Of a stretch of 58,757 bases of DNA, positions 23,671-35,310 are shown one piece after another. The translations under genes were made by a program, and so were the position numbers. Under the pieces are notes generated by a model that ran no database searches, was not told the origin of the DNA, and saw nothing but the letters and a program-made list of their open reading frames with translations. The stretch is from Nemertoderma westbladi (Eukaryota > Animalia > Xenacoelomorpha), in assembly GCA_032718475.1 (NCBI GenBank), contig JAUCBJ010002573.1:1-58757 (forward strand), written 5' to 3'. Numbering within the stretch: the stretch's first letter is position 1; each line of letters starts with the position of its first letter.

Positions 23671-23886
23671 TAAATTTCTAGGCCCTCAATTGTCATGGAC
23701 GTACAAGTCGGCTGGACGCACAGCCTGTCTTTTAGTAGGCCTTGCCTATTACCTAGCACCTACAGTCCTACACCTACTGACCTAGCTCATTACTGCATTA
23801 GGCCTAAATTAAATCTTCATTCAGTTTATATCCATTGCTTCTCGAACCGGGAGGACCTGAACTCTTTAAGCGACAACAATCAGACA

Positions 23887-24898
23887 ATGGAACGGTTTAC
23901 TTGTGAGTCGGGCAACGCACTGCTAATTACCAAATCTATATTTGCGAACATCTGTTCGGAAAATGGTCCGTTTGTGCGGACGTTTCTCGAAGAATACCTG
24001 GACGCGAACTCGAGTTTTCTGGACTATTATGTCGTTAATAAATGTACGGCAGGTCATATTACCGAGTGGCTGCTGCGTTCACTCTCCTCTGGGTCTAACA
24101 ACGCCGCCACCACCTCGGGTTTGTCTCACAACACGACCCAATCACCGGCCACTATCCCGACTCCCGGGTACCACGAGACCAGTATGCCGCAGTGTCCATT
24201 GACGTCTTCGACGTCGACACCTGCGTACCACCACAATTACAATCCTGCGACAGGAAAGCATCCGCAATCTCGATACTCGAATCAACCCACGCCACCTACC
24301 GAACCAGCCTCCTCTATGCAGCCTGTGTTGAGGTTACAACATCTCAACCAGGCAGACCTTCCGGGAGAACAAAGACAAATGGATCCCAAACTGTGTCCGA
24401 TAGACATGAAACCAAACCTCATTGAATCTGAATCGAGTAGGCCTAATAATACAGCCAGTTCAACTTTATTGTCTTATATCAACATATCCTCCTATACCGG
24501 TACCCCCGCAGTTACCACAACCAACTCAAACTATTATTCTACCCAACCTCTATCAGCAGACCAGTCAGATGTTCCGGTAATCCTACGCATTAAGACGGAA
24601 GACGAACTGGAATATAAACCCGACCTAAACGAGGTTGGCGATGGCTTGGACGATTCGTTCTCCCCTATAGATGTAGAATATGGAAACAGTACAGACACTA
24701 AGGCTTCGACCACCCACTCAGCTCAGCAGAATCTCCTCCCGGACTCTAACTCCCTGTCTCCCAACACCGCTCATGGTCCCCTAACAGACACTAACTCCTC
24801 ACCAACCCTCACTACTCAGTCTCTAGACGACTTCAACTTAAACCTTCCCAACACCAACAACCTCCAGTTGGCCCCCAAATCGACAGTTTCCAGTATCG
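23887..24898 (+). CDS. C2H2 zinc-finger gene 1, exon 1 (N-terminal domain plus S/T/P-rich linker)
   Basis: ATG at 23887 is conserved in the paralog; phase-1 donor G|GTGAGT at 24898/24899; paralog indels keep frame. The exact start codon is inferred. Confidence 0.85.
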
Positions 24899-25082
24899 GT
24901 GAGTTACTATTATTTGTATTGTAAACATCGTTTAGTCCGTATTGCCCCCAAACTGGTCAGAGTAGTTGTTTATTTATAGTGACAGTTATGATAGTTCTGA
25001 ATTTAGTTTTTTAGTTTAGGGTTTTTATCTGGTTTAATTAAATTCAATCTAGCCTGAAGCCTTTCTCACCAAATAACAAATA

Positions 25083-25215
25083 TAATACACGAAGCCTATT
25101 TCCCAAACTCGCCGAATTGCAAACAAAACTCCAGAATAGAGACATCCCCTTTTTAGCTTTGTCAGAGAAATAGCTGGACTCTATTATCCAGATGAAGAAA
25201 TACAAATACAAGGGA
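25083..25215 (+). pseudogene. Degenerate CR1/L2-type APE endonuclease N-terminal fragment in intron
   Basis: Translates as NTRSLFPKLAELQ...DIPFLALSEK*LDS, resembling the N.RSL..K..EL...LSETWL motif; also at ~50768-50900. Confidence 0.55.
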
Positions 25216-25534
25216 ATTCATTCTGCGTCGCACAAGTTATTGCGATTACTCAGGAGTCCCGAATAGACGGGGCGACACGGATATTATTTTTTGAAAAAAA
25301 ATCCACCCACAATTCTCTTATTCCAGACACCCCGACTATTAAGTTTTTCTAAAAAATTTAGTACATTTTTTATTATGAGTAAATAAACGTTTATTCTCAT
25401 AGATAAGGTAACCAGATAAGGTAACTCATGGAACAAAATAGCAATATTACATAATAATAATTACCTACTTAAAAAGAGAGACGGGAATTCGAATTCTGGA
25501 TGGACTATTTCCACGATTATTCACTTAATAATAT

Positions 25535-26233
25535 TTATTTATTGAAAATTTCTTGTACCTCACAACAGAATGCACATAATTTAGGTAACTCAGGTAAATT
25601 ACAATGAAACAGGTTATTTATGGATGTATAATTACTAATACCAAATTTACAGCGCAGGTCTTTAGTGTAATCACAGTGTAATAGCACGTGTTCTTCGTCC
25701 TGTACTACACCCAGCTCACATGAACATACGCGGTCGCTAGGTGGCGTACGTGACCACCTTCCTTTTTCGCTACGTAGGTTGTGTGAGAATGTACGAAATA
25801 TTGTAAAAGCTATCCGCTGGTAATCGGATATGCACAAAGTGCTATTTGAGTAAATTTCGTGCGCGCATAATTGAGGGTTTATATTTTCACGGTACAATCT
25901 AAACTTTGTAGCCGTTGTCGGTTTATTAACTACTTTTCACCTTAGTGCCTTTAACGATTAGGCCTCCACATAGCTATCGAAGGCAGTACTAAGTAACTGG
26001 AACATTTTTATGTTAGAATCCGACGTTAATTTAAATATTTGCTTGATGGGTAACGATTCATCTAATATTATTGAATACTTCTTATAAAAACGTAGCTGTG
26101 ATTTCAAAATCAGAGTCTGTAGGGGTGGTAACCCGCTTTCTAACAGGCATATATCATTCGGGGTAGTTATTCGTACACCTATTAGAGATTTTATTGCTTT
26201 CATATACAAAGTGTCTATAATCTTAAACTTCAT
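25535..26233 (-). mobile_element. 3' fragment of a non-LTR retrotransposon in the intron of ZNF gene 1
   Basis: C-terminal SHNLRSEKGRW...CSC...QDEEHVLLHC (CCHC-type end of LINE ORF2); internal stop. Confidence 0.8.
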
Positions 26234-26652
26234 ATCGATAGTACATATATCTATATATATCTATAGTACATATCTGAATCGTTGTCTTATAAATAGGTCC
26301 TAACTATTGCGTCTATCACTTAAAATATTCCGTTTTTCCGAGACACTCCATAATCACATTAATCAGTGCTGCAATATTTTCTAAGACCCCTCCCTTTACA
26401 GGTTATAATATTTCAGTCAGTATCAGTAATTAATGCTGCTTATTTTATATTTTATGTTTTTTTTGTAATTAAAGTATCAAACCTCACACGTATTAATTTA
26501 CAATGTCGAATCGAAAATCGTATTTATTTACATATAAGAATTTAAAACTACAGTAATTAGCAAGTTCTATTGACTAATTATTGCATTAATTACTTCAATT
26601 ATTCTCGTTTCCAATATTCTCCAATATTAATCCACCCCATTACATTATCCAG

Positions 26653-27230
26653 GCGACCAATCACAACCATCCCCTGATGATTCAAACATGCACGCTTCCG
26701 ATGATGACGTAACACCCGGAAGTATGAATAATTCCTTCGACCAACCTGGTCCCTCTGGGATTCAACCCCAGGATATTGTGAAAGGAATCCGCTCCAATGA
26801 GAAGCCGCTCAGCTGTGATACTTGTGATAAAGCGTTCGCAAAGAACAGCGACCTAATTAGACACCAACGGATCCACACCGGAGAGCGTCCTTACCAATGC
26901 GGCATCTGTAAAAAACGTTTCTCTCGACTAAGCAACCTAACCGAGCACAAGCGGACCCACAGTGGGGAGAGACTGTATAACTGCAATGAGTGCCAGAAAC
27001 GTTTCTCTCGACTAGGCCACCTAACCTCGCACAAGCGGACGCATTCCGGAGAGCGTCCGTACGTGTGCGACACGTGTGGGAAGGAATTTACGGAGAGTAG
27101 CAATCTAATGCGCCACAAGAGATCACATACAGGGGAACGACCGTTTAGCTGCGATACATGCGGGAAATGTTTCTCCCACCGACATCATGTAAAGCGCCAC
27201 AAATGTATCCGCAGTGGGGAGACTCGGTAA
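26653..27230 (+). CDS. C2H2 zinc-finger gene 1, exon 2 (four canonical fingers plus one degenerate; 529 aa spliced)
   Basis: Acceptor TTATCCAG|GC at 26652 joins in frame (G-DQSQPSP...); HTGERPY-type linkers; AATAAA at ~27374. Confidence 0.9.
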
Positions 27231-27444
27231 CTGTAATGTTTGTAAGAAACGTTTCTCTACTTCCATGTATATTGATAGACACTATTGCTCCCTGGTTGCG
27301 GTTTAAACTAGTAAACTATATATGACGTTAGTTGTAGATTGAACTGCTACGTGCGCCTTTTGTTATAATGATTAATAAAGGTTGTCTAGGGACTGGTCTA
27401 GCGGCCCGATAAGGAACTGACATTTTATTTCCTAAAAACTGTCA

Positions 27445-27990
27445 ATTGGTTGCGGTTACCAAGTTACAAATCTCTTTCTGGTTACAAATCTGATATTCCT
27501 ATAACAATTTAGTGTTCTCGGTTACAAATCGAAGCACCTTGGTACGAATCTGTTTTCACAATTATGATAATGATCAATGAAATGAAATGAAATTGGAGTA
27601 CCTTGTTACAAATCTTAGTTTATGGTTGTGAATCTGACTTTCTGGTTTTGAATCTGAGTTACCATTAATGAATCTGAGAACCTGGTTACGAATTGGAGTT
27701 CCCAGTTACGAATCTCGGTACCTGGTTACAAATCTGTGTTCCCACGTAAAATCAGTGTTTGGTTACAAAGATGAGCACCCAGTTACGAATTTATGTCTCT
27801 GGTTATGAATGTTAGTTACTGGTTACAAATCCGAGCACACCGTTCTAAATCTGAGTTCCAGGTAATATATTCAACTGCCCAGTTACAACTCTAAGTAGTC
27901 AGAAACAAACCCAAGAACCCAGTAACAAATGCCATGAGTAGATCAAAATATCCAGTAACGAATTCAAGTACTCAACTACAAATCTGAGTG
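27445..27990 (+). repeat. Degenerate ~20-bp minisatellite (CTGGTTACAAATCTGAGTTT-like)
   Basis: GGTTAC(A/G)AAT recurs with ~20-bp periodicity; paralogous array at 55550-56130. Confidence 0.85.
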
Positions 27991-28961
27991 TCAGCTAAAC
28001 TTTTTACCAGCCAGCACTACCCATACTAATACTGTAATTTGTACATGTTGAGCATTTATTTTATAAAAAGATTTGCAACATGATAGTAAACAAAGTTAAC
28101 AAACAATTACAATCTGTTCCTAATAATTATTTAATTAGTTAGGCCAACATATATCCTGTCTAAATCAAAATAATAATACCGAAATAAACCGTGATGCATT
28201 TTACTCCACCGTCTATTAATTTAAACAATGAAAAGGAACAAGACAATGTTTTTTAATCTTCCTCTATAATATTTAACGTCCACATCCGCTGTACAACGTA
28301 TAGGTCATTAAATTACTTTATTAGAATAAACCAAAATATATATAAAGTTTATAATTGAAAAAAATCACTCTACGGCATAAAAGTAATGTTTCAACCAAAA
28401 TCACGTTTGTATAACATCCCGCATAGCAGCATAACATATTCAACAATAACATAATCAATAACTAAGGGGCGAGCCACGAAGTGAATGAACCTTACAATTT
28501 AGAATGGACAAATTAACATTGTCCCTCTCTCTGCCTGGATCAAATTTCGATCGTCAATATCTCATTAACAGCTCGTGGAAATTTGATGAAATGTATTATG
28601 TTTGTAGTGTGTAGTTAGTGTAACGGGATGTAACGTGTAACATTTTATTTTTATTGCAGGTTGGTTCTAGAATAATTGATGAATTTAGCAATAAATATAC
28701 AAAGGAGAGACGCAGAGACTATTGACGAACGTTCCAGATACCTATAGATGTCTACACATACCACGCATCAAAACTCCAAACTAAGCTAACAGTACAAACT
28801 AAACTGGCGCTTTGGGATTGTGGTGAAAATGAAAACGGTATTGATACACAGGAGGGTCACCGTCACAGCCTTAACGACGAAATCGCATTGGAAACTTCTG
28901 TTATGGGAATAGCAATGCAGATAATTCGTACAAAGTTAATGGACATAAGTTCTATATTATA

Positions 28962-31414
28962 CAGTATGTTTAATGCAATTATAATAATGTAATTATCCTT
29001 TTATGTATCATAGAATACAATAAAAAAACTGTAACATTATTTTCAGCAGCTTTATCTTAAACTTTATGGCCTTTATACTGTATTAATTAATTTGTAAAGA
29101 AACAACAGAAATAATTTTAGAACTTTTTACATTTTTGATAAACTAAAATGGGATCTGTACAGATCAAGATAAATTCTACAAAGAATTTATTATGATCTTC
29201 ACATACAGGCGATGTCAGAATGGACAAGATCTTTACGTATTGCGTATAGCATTGCGTACGTTGATCAACGTAATCATATAGACGTGACTTGTGGGTCTAG
29301 TACATACAGTATATGTACAGTAGGATATGCCAATATTCAGCTTATTTGATTACAAACAACGAAATGGGTGAAGTGTATATTTATCTTTCAGACATTCCAC
29401 CCATTCGAAAATCCTCGTGATCAATATGAGGTTTCCACGCTAAATCCTCACATGGGAATATGTCACAACCTTTAGGTGTGTTGCTACATAGCCGGATTCC
29501 GAGTGGGGTTTCCCATCAGGCTTTAATGTGGATCACTTGGCGACGTGGGGTTTCATTATGGATGCAGTAATTTTGAGAGAGGGGGGGGGGGGGGGGGGAC
29601 TGGACGCAAAACCCGCCTTGGCGAAGTAATATCCCGCCTCAATGTTAAATTCTCAATTTAGGGAAAGGAACAGGTTACAGTGTCACGTTATTTTAACCAA
29701 AACAATAAACTAAACACAATAGAACAGGTTATAGTTTTATTTTTTGAGAGTAATCAGCTGTAGCGACATAGAGTACTGTATGTAAACTAAAATACAGTAT
29801 GTACAACCCATACAGCGATACAGGTGGAAACACAAAGTGCTTGAATATCGGAATTTATAGTGCCTGAACTTATATCTCTATAATTAAAAAAAATACTTGT
29901 TTTTACCTACTACACATTCGTGGGGAGTCACGCAGCACGCGAACTTTAGCAAGTTCGAAACAAGTTCGATTTGATCTGGAGGCAAAAGTTCGAGAGGTAT
30001 ATGCCCGTAACTAAATATTGGAACTTTTTTCTATTTTGTGCCTATACAAAATTTAGTTGAAAATGATTAAAATCTTCAAAAGTTATTTACGAAGGAATTT
30101 TTCATTACAGACAGACGGTTTTTTCACGTATTTACTAATTATCATTGTGCGTTAAGGCTCACCTTTACTACGTGGCTCGCCCCACAAGCGCAGAAAACCT
30201 CGATCACGAAATTTTGAAAATTTCGTGTTATACCAATATGTAGTTGGGTGAAAGTTGGGTGTAGTTGGGTGAGAGTTGGGTGGAAGTGGAGAGTAGTTGG
30301 GTGAAAGTGAGTCTAAGTTGAGTGTAGTTGGTTGGAGCGATTGGTCTTCTGTGGGACGGCGTGTTAGCGCACAATTGCAATTAGTAAAAATAGAGCAAAA
30401 TTTCATCTCCAGTCGGTCGTTCTGTCCGCTTGTCTGCCTGTAATGAAAAATTCATTCGTAAGTGACTTTTGAAGATTTTCGCCAACTGATCCACATTAAA
30501 GCCCGATGAGAAACCCCACTTGGGATCCGACTATGTAGCAACATACCTAAAGGGTGTGACATACAGTATTATTCATTCACATGTGAGCATTTAGCTTGGA
30601 AACCTCAATGTTGATCACATGAGGATTTTCGAATGGGTGGAATGTCTGAAAGATTAAATACACTTCTCCCATTTCGTTGTTTGTAATAAAATAAGCTGAA
30701 TATTGTCATATCCTACTGTACATATTATACTGTATGTACTAGAGACCACAAGCCGCGTCTATATGATTATGTTGATCAACGTCTGCAATTCTCTACCCTA
30801 GTGTGATGAATTATTATTTCTACTACTGTAAGATCTGTAATGTATAACGATCTTATCGATTCTCATACTGTAGAGATCTTGTCCATTCTGGCATTGCCTG
30901 TATGTGAAGATCATAATAAGTTCTTTGCAGAAATTCCCTTGACCTGTACAGATCTTACCAGATCCCCTTTTAGTTTATCAAAAATGTAAAATGTTCTAAA
31001 ATTATTGCTGTTGTTTCGTTAAAAATTAATTAATATAAAGGCCATAAAGTTCGCCCATGTGAATAATACCAGGATTTCACTTTTCGGTCGACATTTTATT
31101 GGAATTTTATATATGAAGATTTTTTATTTTTTTTAATTTATCTTTTTGATACGTTTCGTTTTGATACGGCTAAATTTCGTTTATTGTTTTGGTTAGATTC
31201 AGCCCTTTTGTAACCTGTGATTTTGATGAAAACCTGGGATTCTTCACATGGGGGCAACTGCAAAGTAAGATATATAACGGCAGAAAGTCTGGTATTCTTC
31301 ACATGGGCCCAAGATTAAAATAAAGCTGCTGAAAATAATGTTACAGTTCTTTTTCTTGTATTCTATGATACATAAAAGGATAATTACATTATTATAATTT
31401 CAATAAACATACTG
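28962..31414. mobile_element. Foldback/MITE-like element with ~580-bp inverted arms and an inner inverted repeat
   Basis: 28962-~29540 is the reverse complement of ~30485-31050 plus 31310-31414. Begins TA|CAGT. Inner IR ~30070-30118 / ~30428-30480 surrounds AGTTGGGTG repeats. Confidence 0.8.
31053..31308. mobile_element. Small MITE inserted in the right arm of the foldback element
   Basis: TIR GCCCATGTGAATAATACCAG / CTGGTATTCTTCACATGGGC; the segment is absent from the left arm. Confidence 0.75.
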
Positions 31415-31984
31415 TTGTGCCCAGGCCGAGGCACAATTTAATATCCGTAGTATCGTAGCGGACGACACGAAGTACTACTACGTTGTGGGTGCTTTGGACC
31501 AAGACACCGCCAGCCGGCTCCTCAACCTAATACGAGATCCTCCAGCTGGAGATAAATATAACTCCCTAAAGGCGAAACTCATTAAAACATACGGCCTCTC
31601 ACGGCGCGACCGTGCCGCAAGGCTCTGGGACCTAAACGGCGGCGACCGCCGTCCATCGCACCTCCTGGATGAAATGCAGGCACTGCTCGGTGATGACCAT
31701 TCGTGCCTCCTTTTCGAAGAGGCGTTTCTCCGCCAAATGCCCACTGCCATCCGCCTCCAACTTGCGGAGGAAGACTTCAGCAACCTAGACAAGGTCGGTG
31801 AGCGGGCTGATGCCTTGTGGGAAGCCGCGGGGCAGGACTCAGTCCACGCAGTCAATACCAATGCCGTCCTCAAACCGAAGCCTGCCTACACTGAACTGAG
31901 CCGAAGAACTGCGCCGCCAAACCCCATTCCAAACTCGTTGAACTCCAACTCTGACTGGTGTTACTTTCACCAGAGGTTGTCCTA

Positions 31985-32200
31985 GGATGTCCTTTTTTGC
32001 ATCTTGCATCTCTTGTGTACGGCCTCCCATAGTCTACCATGTATTCTATAATTCGAGATGCAAAAATAGAACATCGAGGATGTCCTTTTTTGCATCGTGC
32101 ATCTCTTGTGTACGGCCTCCCATAGTCTACCATGTATTCTATAATTCGAGATGCAAAAATAGAACATCGAGGATGTCCTTTTTTGCATCTTGCATCTCTA
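31985..32200 (+). repeat. 93-bp tandem repeat (~2.3 copies) in a foreign insert replacing the Gypsy protease region
   Basis: GGATGTCCTTTTTTGCATC at 31985, 32078 and 32171. Confidence 0.9.
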
Positions 32201-32699
32201 GTGTGCGTGGTCTGATAGGAAATAATGTATTCTAACCAAAAATTTGCATCTTGCATCTTGCATCTCTAGTGTGCGCCGGGCCTAAACTGTATTGCTGTCT
32301 CAAAATAAAACAGTTGATTAATATTGGGAGACCAACAGTAGTACAATTCCGTATAAATTCTGGCGACAAAGCCGCTACAAATTTCCGTCTGGTACAAAAG
32401 ATTATAAAGGCGACAAAGCCGCTACAAATTTCCGTCTGGCAGCTAGGTGTTATCGTGGCAACTGGCTATAACTTCCCGGCTACATTCCAGCTATTTGTCG
32501 CATCCCAAACAATGTCCCGATAGGATTACATGTTAATTTATCCATGATGGGCTATGGCAGGTGGCGACATTTCCGGAAAAATGGGTACCATAAAAGCTGC
32601 AAAGTAGCCGAGACAGTTTGCCAGTCTACAGCCGCCAGACATGGCCCGCAAGCCGGATAAATATTTCTGAAAATTTGCCAGAAACGGTTTTCCTGGGTA

Positions 32700-33113
32700 C
32701 ATCCCCGCAGGGACCTCCCTTGCACGCCCACGCCCGTCGCCTACCTCCAGATAAACTGGAAATCGCGAGGGAGGAGTTCCGCAAAATGGAAGAGATGGGG
32801 ATCATCCGCCAGTCCAACAGTCCCTGGGCGTCGCCCCTCCACATGGCCCCCAAACCCTCGGGCGGTTGGCGGCCGTGTGGCGACTACCGACGACTTAACG
32901 ACGCCACAACTCCGGACCGATACCCCATCCCCCACATCCAGGACTTCTCCTCCCGACTGGCAGGTGCGAAGATCTTCTCGAAGATCGATCTGGTGCGCGG
33001 CTACCACCAGATCCCTGTCACAGAAGCCGACATCGCCAAGACTGCGGTCATCACCCCGTTCGGACTGTTCGAGTTCCTTCGGATGCCGTTCGGGCTGAAG
33101 AACGCAGCCCAGG
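32700..33113 (+). pseudogene. pol: Gypsy RT, N-terminal half
   Basis: [46 protein letters not shown]. Confidence 0.95.
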
Positions 33114-34364
33114 TGTAAAAGCTTCTGTGGGATATAACTGGCCCTTTTGCTTCGCAATCCAGTTTCCCCCCAGGCGCTGGAATACTCTAAAAGGCTCTCT
33201 AACTATATATATATTCCCCTCGCCCGCAAGGTACCGTTATAGGTGTTTTAACGGACATAAAAGTCATTCCTCTATATACGTGCTTTGGCGGACATGGTAA
33301 GGCAAAAAACCCGCAATGCACCAAATACCTTTACACGGCTTGGCCTTGATGATTCAGATTACGACATCTAGCAGCTGGTTGCTGGCATGGAAACGGCCAT
33401 TGGACGCATGGTTCTTTGTTTAGCTTAAGCCAATCAGAGCGATTTTTTCTGTCGATATGGAGATATTCGGCCGATCATACTAGGAGTGTTCAGTCTTACT
33501 GTTTTTTCTTGATACTGTTGTGTTGTAGCTATCTAGGCCAGGAACACCGGCTCTAGAGTCAATTCGTTTCAGACTTTAGAAGAAACATTAGTAGGCTTAA
33601 GATTATAGAGCGTATAACTGTTATCGGCTCAATCGGCACATACATTGTCATATCATATCTTAACCTACCGTCTTAATGCTTTTACTGTTGTCATATTTTG
33701 TATTAGTTGGTTGAATATTATTTGGAGAACATTTATAAAGAACCCAAATTTCCCAATTTTCTTGATACACTACAGGTTAGAGAGACGGGTTATATATAGC
33801 GATTGCGACTTATATTATTGTGGTTGTAGTGAATTTAATGCTATTTGATAAGCACTACATGAGTCCGTTGCTGTTCTCTTTATATATGATAAAATTCATT
33901 GACGGTCGGCAAATTAGTGAGCAGTATTGTGTGTTACTGGTAGTGTGGATGATTGTGGCTGATAACTAAGCATTTCCTAAAGAATGCGCCTCATACGTGA
34001 ATCATAAGCCTTACCGACTTACCGTTGTGATTAGTATAAGTCATATCTCTGTTTACCTAGATAGAGCGCCACGTCCTAAAGGAACTGTTAATATTTCCCG
34101 AAAGTGAATAATATTAGTCAGAAATTATTTATTAACGATCAATCGAATAATACAGTAAGCTTACACTGCAATAATAATCTAAGCCCTCAGAATCCAGTCT
34201 CCCGGGTATATCCAGCGGGTGAATGGACGCGCACTAGGCTGGCTTCTGCTAATGTTGTGTTTATTGGTATTAAATATTTGTCAACTTCTAAAGTCTATTT
34301 ATAAACCAAAAGACATATAAATTTTGGCAGGTTAAACTGCTAAAGGTCTTCAAAAGCGCGTACA
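33114..34364 (+). repeat. 5' LTR of copy C (1251 bp)
   Basis: TGTAAAAGC...GCGCGTACA; diverged homologue of the copy B LTR; its last 689 bp are repeated at 42891-43579. Confidence 0.93.
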
Positions 34365-34431
34365 ATAACAGTTATTGTCTTTATTGCAGTAAGCAATAAA
34401 GTTGAAAGTACCGGTCGACCGGTAAACCTGA

Positions 34432-34545
34432 ACCGGTACTTCTGTAGGTCAGTAGGCCCAACTGCCAGAACCGGTACTGCTGTAGGTCCGTAGGTCCAAC
34501 TGCCAGAACCGGTACTTCTGTAGGTCCGTAGGCCCAACTGTCCTA
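34432..34545 (+). repeat. 38-bp tandem repeat x3 in the 5' leader of copy C
   Basis: ACCGGTACTTCTGTAGGTC(A/C)GTAGGCCCAACTGCCAGA units. Confidence 0.9.
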
Positions 34546-34736
34546 ACCGGTGCTTCCAGTATAAGTACATTAGTATTATTCGATTTTGATTATTGTATAC
34601 TGGTAGGTCTTAGTATTTAATCAGGGACGGCCGCCCTGGTTTTTTATTGAGATTTTACTTATTTCTGTCGGTTTTATTTACATGTAAGTTAATATTGAGC
34701 TGAAGACGTGTAAGTCTGCTCAGATTGTTCAGATAA

Positions 34737-35310
34737 TTGTAGGCCGGACTGTTGTCGGATTGTTGTTGGGTTTGGAGAGATTACTGCGTGTGTAGAGTTT
34801 GTCCGATAGAGTGCCAGTTAGTAAGTTGGGGCAGCCATAGCTGTAAGGTCAATCCCCTCTTAAAGAATAAGTCGTACTACCGTGTTAGAACGCATACTAA
34901 CTAACCATTTTGGAATCTGCACATACTGTAGTTTATTTAGGCTTGACAGTATTCTGCCAACGTTTTGGCCTGTGTTTGTTTGTGTGGTCTGTTCAGGTAC
35001 CGTAATAGTTATTACTCAGATATTTTGTAGGATGGATTGTTGTCTAGCTATTATTAGGTCTGAAGAGATTGCTGCGTGTGTAGAGTTTGTCTGATAAAGT
35101 GCCAGTTAGTAAGTTGGGGCAGCCATAGCTGTAAGGTCAATCCCCTCTTAAAGAATAAGTCGTACTACCGTGTTAGAACGCATACTAACTAACCATTTCG
35201 GAATCTACACGTACGGTAGTTTATTTAGGCTTGGTGGGAGTCTGCCAGCGTTTGGTTTGTATTTTGTTTGAGTATTCTGTACGGGTAGCGTAATATTTAT
35301 TATTCAGAGT
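34737..35310 (+). repeat. ~289-bp tandem duplication in the 5' leader of copy C
   Basis: GTGCCAGTTAGTAAGTTGGGGCAGCC...CTAACCATTT occurs twice; single copy in B. Confidence 0.88.

Noticed and set aside
23695-23886. N-terminal extension of ZNF gene 1 from the ATG at 23695
   Set aside because: That ATG and the first ~30 codons are not shared with the paralog; the shared ATG is 23887/49575.
31985-32200. 93-bp repeats (and the 38-bp repeats at 34432) as a CRISPR array
   Set aside because: Whole units repeat with no unique spacers; no cas genes; eukaryotic context.
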